Notes: generated by a model from the sequence alone, not told the origin. A stretch of DNA of 64,000 bases from Lingula anatina (GCA_051362555.1 CM120643.1:23564848-23628847); one strand, 5' to 3'; shown: positions 51,701 through 63,730, counted from the first letter of the stretch. Numbers and translations are program-made.

Positions 51701-54466
51701 AAACAGAATATATTATATTTCTATGAGTTATTCACAATGTTTTTATTGTGAAATATAGATCTCATACGAAGAGTTATTATCCCTTTAATGCTTTCTATTT
51801 CCATTTCCTTTTTATACTTCATGTGTCATAGGCTTACAACCTCTGCCATAAACTTTTAGCCTAAAATTGTACTTTTTGAAGAAATTTTTACTAGTCCAGA
51901 GCCAGACTGCTATACAATTGGTTAAAGCTCAGATCACTACTTTCAAATCTCACCATCTTTACTACAATGTGCCAAAATACCCTTGACTGTAAAATGTTAC
52001 CTCTGAATCTAATGTTTTGCACACTTATAAAAGTTTACCTTGGCTTGTTGGAACCTGTATTGCTGCGTACCACCAGCGACCGTTGTAAGTTGTGGCTGCT
52101 GTTGTTGCTGTACAATGTTAGGGTTCCCCGTGTGGACCACCATAAGCTGACCACTTTCATTCTTCATCAGGACTGTCCCTGGGGGTAGCTGCATCCCTGC
52201 AGGCAGGGTGATAGTGTTCTGCAGTAAAAGAAATGGATCTTTTCACTGGTTAGTTTGGTTCGTACCTCTCAATATCTCTAAGAATCTTCTGCGCATTTAA
52301 CATTCATTTTTTTAAATGTATATGCATATCACAGGTGGATATAAAATGCAAGGAATCAAAAACTGTCCACTGTACTTGAATGGAATTTTATTCTAATCTA
52401 CATCAAAGCACCGACTCTCACATAAAAAAATTTAATCATTAGCTTTTTTTTTTTCATGTCCCTGTGGCATGCAATGAAAGAAAACAGTCCTAAAATAAGG
52501 ACTGTAGGGAAGAGTTACACTTTTACAATGGCATCTTCTAAAAAGGCTGATTAATTTGGGTAGGAAAAAATTCAATTAACAATTTTTAGGTTCTCTACAT
52601 ACCATCACTATCTAATGTCAAAAGCATTCCATAAATGTGCAATTTTAGGATTTTCTTTTCTTTAATGGCACAAGCCTTGTGGGCTACAAGCATTATTTTC
52701 ACTCAGCACCAACAGTTTGTTTGCTGATCCTTCGAGACATTTGTAATGATACGCAATGCCAGTTCATTTTCATTTGATATTTGACAACTAAATACATGTA
52801 TTCAGGTGACAATGAGCTTGTTTTGCCTAAATTGCTGTTTCTGTTTTATTTTTTCTTATTAAAAAGTGTCTAAAGATTGGGCTGAATTGAAATAAATATT
52901 AAGATAGAAGTATATTTTGAAAAGGAAATTGTACAAAAAATCCAAGGCTGAAGCTTCATGCAATGACTGAATGAAATTGTATTCATAATGAGCAGACTGC
53001 TTATGAGCTCTTGCAGCAATAGGCAATTGCTCCATTTGTTCAGTATTCCAGTAAATCCAGTGCTGAGAACCATTTCAATATTAGGCATTACCAGAGAAGA
53101 TAAGAGAGAGAGAAGAGAGACCTCTGTATCAATTCAACAGACATGAGCCTAGGTTCAGAAAAAAAAAATTGAACATTTATCCTCCCAGGTTTTATTGCAG
53201 ATCTTGATGAATCTCGGGAACTATCAGAACTGAATTAAAAAACGCAGAATTCTGCATTTCTGTAGAAAATGCTCATCTCTGCTTTTACCCCAAACAACCA
53301 CTTACAGATCCTGGTCTAGGTGCCAACAAAGGTTGCTGTTGCGGTGCAGCAGCGATTCTAATAGGAGTCTGTACAATTCTTGGTGCCAGGGATTTCTGTC
53401 CCACTGCTGTGCCAGCAGGATTTGTCGTTGTCACAAACTGAATCTGTGAACCACCTATACTGGTGGTGATAGTGGGGCGAAACACCCCTTGCTGCTGCTG
53501 CTGAATAGCATTTACAGTAATAACATTGGATGTCCCAGGAGTGCTGCCTTTTAAAGTTGTATTAGCATTTGCGCTATTCAGAATTTGTATCGTCCGTGCA
53601 GGAGTGGAAGGTGAGGACTCTTGTTTCATTGTTGTCGCAACACTTTGAGGTTGCATTTTGGTATCCTGTTTGAGCACAATTTGAGATTTTTGTGAGGAAT
53701 TTCCAGTCGCTGTCGTTATCACCATAGGTTTTCGTTCCCCTGAATTCTCTACTTTGATAATCCCAGAAGTATATTGACTATTATCCTGTTGTTGTTGTTG
53801 TTGATTCTGAGTTGTCACTGCTAAAGGTTTTTGCTCAGCAGCTATTGTAGCTAGATTATAAATTGCATTACTGGCAGAATGGTTTATTAAACTCGAACTA
53901 CTGTTCTGAGCACCAGAGCTCTGAGAGATTATCACATTTGGTCCGGAATTTTGGACATTAGTCCTAACAACAGAGGAAGGTTGTGTCTGTTGGAGAATAG
54001 ATTGTGTCTGAGTTACAACTTTCACCTCTCCTTGTGCGCCCCCGCCGGTTAGCTGAGGGGAACTAGTAACACCACCAGTTATCACTGTCACCCCACTACT
54101 CGCACTGTTTTGGGGTGTAGATCGACCACTAGAAATAATAGAATTGATCCCAATGAGTTGATTTGGGTGTAATGCACCTTTGTTTACGTTTGGACCAGCG
54201 TTACTTATCTGTGACGAAGGAACAGAAGTTCCTGAAGCAACTGTATGTGTATGGTTTGACCCAGTTTGTGAAGCAGAAGTACTTGCACCCGAGACCTGTT
54301 GACTGTTCACATGATTGTGTGTCCCAGCATTTATAGATATCTGGTGCGGCACATCCTTGAGGGTTGGTGATGCCAGTTGGGACTCCAGTGACCCGATTAC
54401 TGCACTAATTGCGTTCTCATCAACGTCTAAATTTAGAATTTCTTCGAGCGGGTTTGAAGTCGCCAT
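42713..54466 (-). CDS. TAF4: TFIID subunit 4, 14 exons, about 990 aa (1000 aa with the alternative donor)
   Basis: Exons 54466-53306, 52218-52039, 48966-48747 (alt 48717), 48140-47989, 47342-47253, 46816-46601, 46202-46012, 45722-45553, 44989-44859, 44334-44209, 43875-43819, 43574-43467, 43202-43143, 42823-42713. TAFH domain [17 protein letters not shown]...[37 protein letters not shown], histone fold [35 protein letters not shown]-terminal [14 protein letters not shown]...LLYKAFLK. Confidence 0.96.
44703..44845. repeat. Direct duplication, 2 x about 76 bp, in a TAF4 intron
   Basis: TCTCCCATCACATTTTCAAAAAA...CACCATTAAAAAAA occurs twice. Confidence 0.85.
46467..46550. repeat. Direct duplication, 2 x about 41 bp, in a TAF4 intron
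   Basis: TAAGTCCAAGTCTGCTTTTCAGTTG(A)nTTAC occurs twice. Confidence 0.85.
49090..50994. mobile_element. Non-autonomous P-element-like transposon, 1905 bp, in TAF4 intron 2
   Basis: 30-bp TIR CAAGAAGTTATAATGAGAAGGAGTAGAAAC (1 mismatch) at 49090-49119 and 50965-50994. 7-bp TSD GTTTGTT. Inner inverted pair ATCCTCGTAAC..TAATCC at 49191 and 50944. Internal direct repeat of about 140 bp at 49383 and 49593. Superfamily inferred from CAA termini and TSD length. Confidence 0.85.
51192..51554. mobile_element. Degenerate hAT-like MITE
   Basis: Imperfect ends CGGGCATCCTGGA and TTCAGCATGTCTG, repeated GACCGG/CCGGTC subterminal motifs, TGTTTT on both flanks. Confidence 0.45.
51573..51784. mobile_element. 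TTAA-flanked MITE (Kolobok-like), 212 bp
   Basis: 19-bp TIR AGGGATAATAACTATTCGT / ACGAAGAGTTATTATCCCT (1 mismatch). TTAA at 51569-51572 and 51785-51788. Confidence 0.75.
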
Positions 54467-54672
54467 TTTCCCAGCCCGCAATCTTGTTGAATGAAGCACG
54501 CATGCTCAAAGCAAGGGATGATGGGACTTTGTGCCGCCATCTAGCGAATTCCGCGAAGCTGTACTCACTTCAGCCATTTTGGTGATTTGGGAGAGCCAGT
54601 GTAAGGAGAGATAGCGCAGGTGAAATCGTCCTCCATCGCTCGATAGCTGGACCTGTAGGTCAAACGGCCAAT
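54467..54672. promoter_or_regulatory. Bidirectional promoter and 5'UTRs of TAF4 and LSM14
   Basis: The divergent ATGs are 206 bp apart. CpG-rich. YY1-type motifs GCCGCCATCT (about 54533), CAGCCATTTT (about 54571) and CGCCATTTT over the TAF4 start. Confidence 0.8.
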
Positions 54673-57600
54673 ATGAGTGGAGGAATACCGTACTTAGGAA
54701 GTAAAATAAGCCTTATTTCAAAGGCTGGAATCAGATATGAAGGCATTTTGTATACCATTGATCCAAACGAATCTACTGTGGCTTTAGCCAAAGGTTGGTT
54801 TCTTTGTGCAGTGCGTTGCAGTCTATTCTACTTGTCTGGAGTTTTAAGCTTAACACTTCCTTTTAACTAACTAACTTTTGCTTTTTATTGAGTCATGTGC
54901 CGCCGTTCTATTTGTGCACATAGCGTTTGCATCGAAGCGAATCGGTAAATGTCATTTCGTAATTTGCCATGCACTCGACGCTAAACAATAACAATATTTA
55001 TTCTCTCCACCTCTTATAAATTCAAAAAACTAGTGCCCCATTTTATCCAAAATTCTGTCATAAGTGCCTTGAATAAGCACAAAGCATACATTTTACTTAC
55101 AAAAAAATGGCATAGTATTGTCTGATATTTGAATTTCGTATTTGAAATTTTTACCAATAATGCAAGAAAACCAAATCATATAATAAAAGGATATGCAACT
55201 GGGAATGAGTCAACATCTAGTATGTCACCATTTTCAAAGCCTGACTGCAAGGATGTGACCAAACATTTAAGTCCAGATGTACACATAGTTTAGTTGCCCA
55301 TTCTTTTCAAATTGCTGTAGCAATTACATGATTTATGTATCTCAGAAATAATATCGCCAAAAGTTTTCCTTTGCATAATGATAATGACAACCTTAAGTTA
55401 TATCATTTCTGTTGTGACATATATTAAAGGTGTGTGACCTTAAGTAGTTATTGCATGACGATAAGAGTCATGAAATTGAAGCAAGCATATATTGTACAAT
55501 GTACATGTGTATATGTATACGATGTACAAATCTTTGTTAGTGCTGTGCAGTTTTCTGCAAATAAATCTGTTAAAATCTGTCTACTGGCCCTTCAAGCCTC
55601 TTAGATCAAAGAATTTATAGACCCAAAGCAAAGACAGTACCCAACATCTGTACATATTTACTCAATTTTACTGGCATGCTTCCAATTTTACTAACATTTG
55701 GCATTGAGCCAGAGATAATGTTGCAAAATGCATTTATGTGACACATGAAGATAGCATTTACATAATTTGGTTGAATTTTAAAGAATGTTATGGATAGAAA
55801 CTGTAGGAATTTTGTTCAATTGATACTTTCATTTTTTCTTGTTGTATGACTGTGTATTATGCTACTAGTTTCTTTTGACATGCACGTGTATCAAGTACCC
55901 TTATAAAAGCCAGTAGCATTTTATTTATCTCCATAATAAGTGTGAATTAATTTTTGCAGGTAGATAAATGAGTTTTTTTCAGCAAGATCTCAGTATTCTT
56001 TCTATCACAAATATGTATGTATTTTTATAACTTCATCCCTGTCTATCAAGTAAAAAATAATAATAATAAAGCAGTGAAGAAAATCAAATGATTCAAGTCA
56101 AGAAATCTTTTTCTAGTATGCTCCTTTGGAACCGAAGATCGTCCAACTGATCGTCCAGTCTGTCCTCGTGATGAGATATTTGAGTACATTATCTTCCGTG
56201 GCAGTGACATCAAGGATCTCCATGTGTGTGAGCCTCCCAAACCACAGAGAAATGTGGCCCAGAGTGCAGTCCCACAGGACCCGGCCATTGTGAAGGTGGG
56301 TAGATTTTTTTCATAAGAAATACAATGGCAAAGATCAGTGTTGCATCTGGGCTGGACAATTGCGTCATTTATGCATTGAAAGCAGTGTTGCCCTTCATCT
56401 TGGGAATATTGTGCAATTACTGTTTCTTTGTTCCCCAAATTTCTAAACGAGGGGCATGCACTGTCCATTTTTCAAAACCAAGATGCAACTCTGAAGGTTT
56501 TGGTAGAAAAAAATTGGTAAAGTCTACAGAAAAGAAGTCTGTAACAGAAGTGTACTTGTTTAAAGGTTATGAATGTTGGCGCCCTTTACATACCAAAAAA
56601 TTTTCGTTCAACCCTGCTAGTTTAACATTTGGCACAAGAACAGTGAAAACGGCCCTTATGTCTTCAGTGTGTGTTTACGTGTGGAGCTGCACTGCCTTGG
56701 TACTTCTTTAACTCTCCTCTCCCTCCATCAAGGTGTTCATGAAAAGAAAACCCTTTGTTTTGATTTATTTCATTCTCAAATAAAACAGTTATAGAACAGA
56801 TTGGTATACAAGCACATGTATCTACAGTGCACTAATGTGTGTGTGTGTGTGTAACTAATAGAATCACAAATATTACCATACATTAGCTATGCATTATGAC
56901 CCAGTGCTTTTAAATTGTTCTTATAATAACTTATATATTGTAACCAGGGAGGCGAGATCATGTACACAGTGTGTTATGACCAGTTGTCTACCTGTAATTT
57001 GTATGTACATATTTGTAAAGTCTAGCGAACATACATTATAAATGGTATATTTTCTTCTGAAATATAGTAATTCTTTTTTATCATGTGTAAATGCTCCCCC
57101 CCCCCAATATGTCCAATGACCTTAAAAATACTTTTGCCTTCTTCCATAACAATCCAGAAACTGATGCCATGTGTTATATTATATATGTAACATATTCCAG
57201 TCATCTCAGCCCATGCCTCCAAGTGGACAGCAGTCATTCCAGCCTCCACCCAGTGCATTCAATGGACCTGCCTATAATCAGTTTGGAGGTCTACCGCCAT
57301 ATACTCAGATGGCCCAGGGAGGAGCCGGGCCGCACTCTGGCAGTGGTATGTTGTCTGTGTCACTTTTATTCAAGTGATGGATTGTTATCAAAAAAAGTAG
57401 TTATTGAATGTTGAATAATAGATTTTAAACAGGGTTCAAATGCAGATTTTAAGCACTACAAATGACATAATGTAATGAGGGGTTATGTTATGCTTAATTG
57501 TGCAAAGCCTCCCAAAAGTTGTACTACTAGAAACTCTGGTAATAAGATGTAATGCAATGGCTAAAATCTAGAAATTCAATGCTGAAGTGAGCCCAGTAGT

Positions 57601-60600
57601 ATTGTTACTCATAATATTTTGTTGTCTAGATCTCGTAGTCCACAGAACTTTTAGTATATATAATCTAGACTGAGTGTGGTGTTGTTTGCAGTAGAAATAG
57701 CAAAATCTCCCTTATCTCTATGCTGCATGTGAGATGAAAGCATGTAGCTTCAGATATCGAGGGATCAAGTATCACTTTGCTGCATGTGTTGGTAATTTCT
57801 GTTAAATTTCAAACATTGGAATTTTATCCCCACCCCCCTCCTACAGAAAAATGTTTACAAGTATTACCTTATTGAGTTTGAAAAAAAATGTCTTATCACC
57901 AAAAAATTTTTGGACTGAAATAATGCAATTACTATTATACTGACAGGAGGGGGTTGGAATGAGATGTTTGAAATTTATGAGTAATGTCCATGGTTCATAG
58001 TTGGTATTGGCACTTGTTTTTTCTTAGCCAATTTTTTGTGTTGAAGAAAGTCGTTTTTTGAGCGACGTGCAAACATAACTTGTTAATGATTGTAAGTGAC
58101 TGTCAATTATTTGCTGCTCTCTTGTTGTTTTTACCCACTATTGACAAGAGATGCATCAAATATCTTTGTGGCTGGGGGATACTTCTGCAAGGAAATAGAA
58201 TGGTTTCTGTTATTCTTAAATGATCTTTATATTTGATGATAAATATTGACTATGGTTATAGGCTATCCTTTGAAAGGCTTCACATATTTTTTCTTACCCA
58301 TTGTTATTGGCATTTTTTAAACCAGACCTGTTTCCTTGAGGAGGTATTCGTATCATTTCTCTCAAACTTGGACAGCTTTCTGTGGTTCACATCTTTGGCT
58401 ACATTGATTTCATGGGAGTTCAGTTGGGTCACAATATAGTTTGTAAGGCTTTAGACAAATGAGGGTCCGCTCACAATGAAGCAATTGTATCAGCTACTGT
58501 TCACTGACTCCACAGGGACTCCAGCTAAAAGCAATCAGATTAACATGCCTCTTACATTAATAATTACCGGCTCTTTTGTATTCTACTCGACACCAGAGGT
58601 GTGTTAATCTTATTACATTCAGTGAGATTCCCCTTGGATTTAGTGCACTGTAGCTAGTACACAAGTTTCATTGTAAACACACCCTGACACATTTTCACCA
58701 AATTCCTTACTATTTGGTCCAATTTTTTTTTTTTTTTTTTTTTTCAAAGTGGATCATATTGGTATGCCAGCCATTTTATTCTGCATTGTGATCCTACTGA
58801 AGATTACTGTGGCACCACAGTAGACATGCAGTTATCTTCCTGTTGGTTTTGTTTTTTGCTTGTGTCTTAGCGTGTGTCGTTTGCTTGTCGCAGGTTCACG
58901 TGGCCCCACCCCACCTCTTGCTCGTCGTTCTCCCTCTGTGGACCAAGGGACCCAAGTAAATCTTAATCCAGCTGCCAAGAAGCACCCTGGTAATGCAGCG
59001 TCATGTTTTCTTGCTCCAAATTCAAAGGGATATCCAAAAGAAAAACACCATATAGTAGTTGAAATAATGTACACAATTTACCCAATTTTATGTACAGACA
59101 TAGGAAGTGTCTGTATGTATTCTGATCACCTGACTATGTATGCTGTCACTATCTGACACATTTATCTAGAATCACCCTAATTAGCACACTTACTTTAATA
59201 TAAATTTTATTAGTTTTACTTGAAATTTTGTTTGGCTAAAATGCAGTTCAAATTCAATTTGCATATGTTTCTATATTGTGTTCCACATAACTGCCAAGCA
59301 ACAATTGTTTAAATTGAAATTTACAGTAAGATTATATATTTCTAAAAAATAAATAAACAAAACAGTATAAAGGTTTGGAAAGTGGGTGGGATTGAAAAGT
59401 AATTCTACACCACATTACCTTTGTCCATATATATATATATTGTACATCTGAGAGGTTTTTTTGTCTGTATATATGCCAGCTGTGCTGGCTGGTGGTTGTG
59501 ATTCTTATGGTTTTGGTTTGCATTCACTCTATTGTAATCAATATTAGTTTAGTTGTAGTTTGTACAGTAATTGTTAAAGGTTGGCTGTTGTCACTTCTTA
59601 ACTCTACTTTGTGTGTATGAATTTGTGTACTGTTGTTTCCATCTTAAATTTGCATGTAACAAATTGCTTCATTCTTTGTTTAGTTATAATATAGATACTT
59701 TGCCTAACCTAGTTTCTACAATACTGTTTGCCACTGGTTTCCCAGCTTCTGTTTCAGATCCTCAACTTAGGCCGCATTCACATCAATGGACTAACCAAGT
59801 CACAGATAAAATATGGACGACCCAGTAGAATGTTTGTTGCTTAATCCCGATGGGGAATCTACTCAGTGTCAATTAGAGGATTAGACAGCAACCTTTTTAG
59901 TGGGTAGCCATATTTGATCCGCAGTCAAGTTAGTCTGCTGTCCTGAATGTGGCCTTTGATCTCCATGTCATGACGCTTCCACCCCAACCCCAACCCCACC
60001 CCCCCACCTTCTATCCCACATTAATAACCTCTTTGCTATGTGTACCAGGTGGGTCTCGGGGTAACACACCCCCAGTAGGACACAGGACGCCTTCACCTGC
60101 CAACATCCAGCAACAACAGCAGCATTTTCAAGAAAAGGAGAACAAAGAGCCTGATCAACACCAGCAGCAGCATGGACAGCATCAGTACCAAAGGCAGCGG
60201 TCTTCAGAACGTGGACGAGGGGGACGCGGGGGAAGAGGCGGACGCGGAGGAGAAGGTGAGTCACCGGTTAATTAGTGTCAGGATAATTACTCCAGTTGGC
60301 ACACTGTTGGGACTGTTTGGCTGCTTTTTTGCTTCACTTTAGCCTAACATTGTGTACACTTACTGCAGTGATATTTTATAGACCATAATTATTGCACACA
60401 CCCTCCACATCTAGAATTTAAGACACTTCCTTTATTGCACCAGTTCATATGAAATGAGATACTGTTTTATCATAATAATCTGTAATAAAAATCAGAGGCC
60501 TTGTATCCCTAAGGTTTCCTCAACACACTTGTGCCTTTGAGTAGAAAACACATCTGGTTGTTAGCATGAACAAAATAAGGAGCAAGTTAAATACTACTGT

Positions 60601-63600
60601 GTGCTAATGATGACTACCCTAGCCGACATGTATCATCTGAGAATTAATGATCTTTAATGATAGGGCTGAAGCACAGTATGGTCACAATTGCAATCTGACA
60701 TCTCTCTTCAGCAAAGACCAAGGATGGTTTTTTTTTTTTTTTTTAAGAATATTCACTAGTATGGATGTTATGCAAGTTGTTTCAGTTGAAATATTTAATA
60801 AACAAAGCTATTTTAGTAAATAAAGATATTTCTTAGAAAAAACAGACAATTGATCGTCAATGTTATTTGGAATATTGATAACTTCCAATTAAGAATTTTG
60901 TCTCATCTTCTGGTTTAAAGCTCACAGTGCGCCCCCGATGCGCGGAGGTCCTCGTGGAGGTCACCGGGGAGGTTACAGGGGCCGCGGCGGAGGTGGTGGT
61001 GGTGGTGGGGGTGGAGGTCACGCCAATCAACAGCCTGCCAAACCAAAGGAGCCTGTGAAGTTCGACACAGAGTTTGACTTTGAAAGTTCCAATGCTCAGT
61101 TTGATAAGGAGAAAATTGAAGAGGAGCTGAAACAGAAGTTAACGATACGTAAGTTTTTATTTTGATTCAGTTTGGGGTGTAGGTAATTATTTTTATTTGA
61201 TAGGAAGTATAGTATTAAGTCAATGTGAGGGACACGTAAAATAGTCTGTTTGCCATAAATGATCCCACCCCCAGTTCCCCACTTACAGCAGTTGTAAACT
61301 CTTGGGTAATTTGAAAATTGGCATGTATTTAGCTGTGCCTAGGATGGTTAAATCAGATGAATTATTTAGGGAAATCCAGTAGTCTTTCATGATTGGGATT
61401 CACTTCCACATTGCAGGTGCATTTACGATGATTTACTATGGTTGAGTAAATATGCTAATTTCTTGCCCTATGTAATTGTTTTCATTGGCCCCGTTTTGTT
61501 CAAAACTGAAGTGGAGACTAAAAATTATTTTTACAGACTCAAAAGCTTGTATATAATTTAGACAACCTAACAGTCTTTTGTTTCTCTTTGACATTTCTAG
61601 ATGACAAAGTCCCAAATGGAGACAAGGAAGGTTCAGGGGACGAAGCTGTCGTGGAGGAAGAAGAGGAGGACGTCACCTGCTATGACAAAACGAAATCATT
61701 TTTCGACAACATCAGTTGTGAAGCAGTAGAGAGGGCAAAAGGGTAGGTGGAAATTCAGAAGTGAAGTCAGAGATAGACCCTACAGTTTTAACTTATCCAA
61801 TCTAAATGTCCAGAGTTAAGTATTTTCTTGCTGTTTAATCTTTTTCAGTTTTCTCAAGTTTCATAGTCAGGAATTTAAAAATTGTTGCTTCTGATGAGTG
61901 AATTTACCACTACATTTACTCATTTGGGGAAATACATGAAGCTGTATCAAATATTTTTGCTGTAACATTTCAAGATATTTTCAACTTAGTGCGCAGTGGC
62001 ATTTTGAAATTTTGTCTTCTCCAGTGTCAGCACACGGCCGAATTGGCGTGAAGAAAGAAAAACAAATATTGAAACATTTGGTGTTGGTTCTGTCAACTAC
62101 GGACGCAGGCGTGGCACGCGGGGAGGTTACAGAGGAGGTGGTGGAGGTGGATACAACAGAGGTCGTGGTGGATACAGGGGCGGATATGGTGGATACAACA
62201 ACAGGGGCCGGGGAGGTTATAATAACAGCTATGGTAAGTTTGAATATATGTGATGTGGGTTTGTTGGTGGGTTTTGATTATGTGATTTCCTGAGAATTAA
62301 TTCCATGCACAAAATGTTTATTGTGCACAGAAAAGTTTCATGTGGCTTTCAATTCTGCAAAAATGAATTTGTAAAACAGTTGTACAATAAATGGATTTTG
62401 ATTTTCACCGAATGTGCAAAATGTCGAGCAAGTCTAATTTAATATCTGATCTAACTTTTGTTAAGCTTGATAAGGCCACACTTTTTTATTTTTATGGATG
62501 ACATCCTGCGCGCGCACCGATTTTCGTCCGTTCTCAAAAAAAAAAAAAAAATCCCCACCCCCCCCCACCCCACCCCACCCCCCCACCCACCAAGGAAGTC
62601 GGTTGTCGCAAACGTCGTTATTGAATTTGCCGGAAAATGCAATTGGCAATCCTCGGCGAATTCCGCAAACTCCATACTGTCATTGTCGACTGCGGAGACA
62701 TCCGAGTAGTTCCGAGTGCGGAAAATGAGCTTTCTGTGCATGCGTATTATCCCCACGTGGAAATATGGCGGCTTTGCCGTCAAATTCATCTCTAGCATTA
62801 ATTTCAAAATACACGACAATTAAAGTCATAAAGAGAACGGGGGCCGTCGTTTTGGATTGGTTTGCCATTGATGTTGGACATGAAAATATCACCCTTTTAC
62901 AATTATACGAAAGGCTGGCCGCGCCCGGAAAATTTCAGTGACATTCTGTCCAAAGCAGCACATACCAGGTTTTTTTGTAGCGAAAAAAGGGTCGACAAGA
63001 GCGTCGTGGTATTTGGTGGACTGAAGGTTGGACAGGCCGCCCGATAGTTGGTTGCTACGTGTGAGTCGAAGTAGACAAAATGGCATCGACCGAAATTACT
63101 TTTTTAGCTTTGGTAGTAGGAAGCATAGGCCTATCTTTGCTTCATTTTTTTAACAATTCTGTGAAGTGTTTACACTGCTTTAATTTTCTGAGAGTAGGCC
63201 TACAAATAAAGACACGCTGTTTATTTGATATTTGTTTTATTGATTGCTATACCAACAGAATGCATGAAATAACCTTAAATAGATTTGGTAATATGCAGCA
63301 TGACTTTTTACCTTTCTACGAAGTAGGCCCTATTCACAGTGCTTTAATATTTTGAGAGCATGGATAAAGACATGTTGTTAGTTTGATACGTGTTTCTGTG
63401 GTAATTTTGTGTTTCCAGCTGTGTACTGAAAACATAACATTTCTTAAGCATTTTTTTTTTTAACCGGTTTTTTTTTTTTTTTTTTTTCGCCCGCTCGCAC
63501 CGACTTTGGGGTCCCCAGAGGATGTCATCCATAAAAATAAAAAAGTGTGGCCTAAGAAGCAAAAAAGGGAAAAGGAGAAAATTGTTGGAATTATTATTAT

Positions 63601-63730
63601 CATTATTATTACTACTATTATTATAATTATTTCAAAATATTTGTTGTATCTTTCAGGAGGTCGAGGAGGTAGAGGGGGAAGCAGGCAAGGTGGAGGAGGA
63701 TGGGTGGACTATGAATACACACCCAGGAAT
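54673..63730 (+). CDS. LSM14: LSM14 / RAP55 / Trailer hitch homologue, 9 exons visible, 3' end probably beyond the window
   Basis: Exons 54673-54793, 56117-56295, 57201-57345, 58894-58989, 60049-60255, 60921-61148, 61601-61742, 62025-62233, 63657-63730, then a GTAAGT donor. LSm domain [25 protein letters not shown]...SFGTEDR...[17 protein letters not shown] box [18 protein letters not shown] box [16 protein letters not shown] box [14 protein letters not shown] repeats. Confidence 0.95.
59768..59945. mobile_element. Decayed palindromic MITE of the same family as 20580-21186
   Basis: GACTAAC..AAATATGGACGACCCA..TAATCC is an imperfect inverted match to GGATTAG..TGGGTAGCCATATTTGATCCGC..GTTAGTC. 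Confidence 0.55.
60601..60674 (+). ncRNA. Intronic box C/D snoRNA in LSM14 intron 5
   Basis: Terminal stem GTGCT/AGCAC (extendable), box C ATGATGA 60607-60613, D' CTGA 60637-60640, C' ATGATCT 60647-60653, box D CTGA 60666-60669. Sense to the host gene, 74 nt. Confidence 0.8.
62474..63552. mobile_element. Young non-autonomous TIR transposon, 1079 bp, TAA target (PIF/Harbinger-like), in LSM14 intron 8
   Basis: Perfect 34-bp TIR GGCCACACTTTTTTATTTTTATGGATGACATCCT. TAA at 62471-62473 and 63553-63555. CpG-rich interior. Confidence 0.9.

Noticed and set aside
54467-54499. N-terminal extension of the TAF4 ORF from a GTG start
   Set aside because: The ATG at 54466 has strong context (AAAATGG). The alternative start is an artefact of the ORF caller.
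57600-57775. Possible H/ACA snoRNA (hairpin, ATAGCA, hairpin) in LSM14 intron 3
   Set aside because: No properly placed ACA box and the first hairpin is poorly defined.
61887-61943. Second possible C/D snoRNA (GCTTC TGATGA ... ATGA AGC)
   Set aside because: Box D is non-canonical, it is only about 55 nt long, and there is no clear D'/C' pair.
62451-63562. Cluster of overlapping short ORFs
   Set aside because: All lie inside the non-autonomous transposon, are low-complexity and lack transposase motifs.
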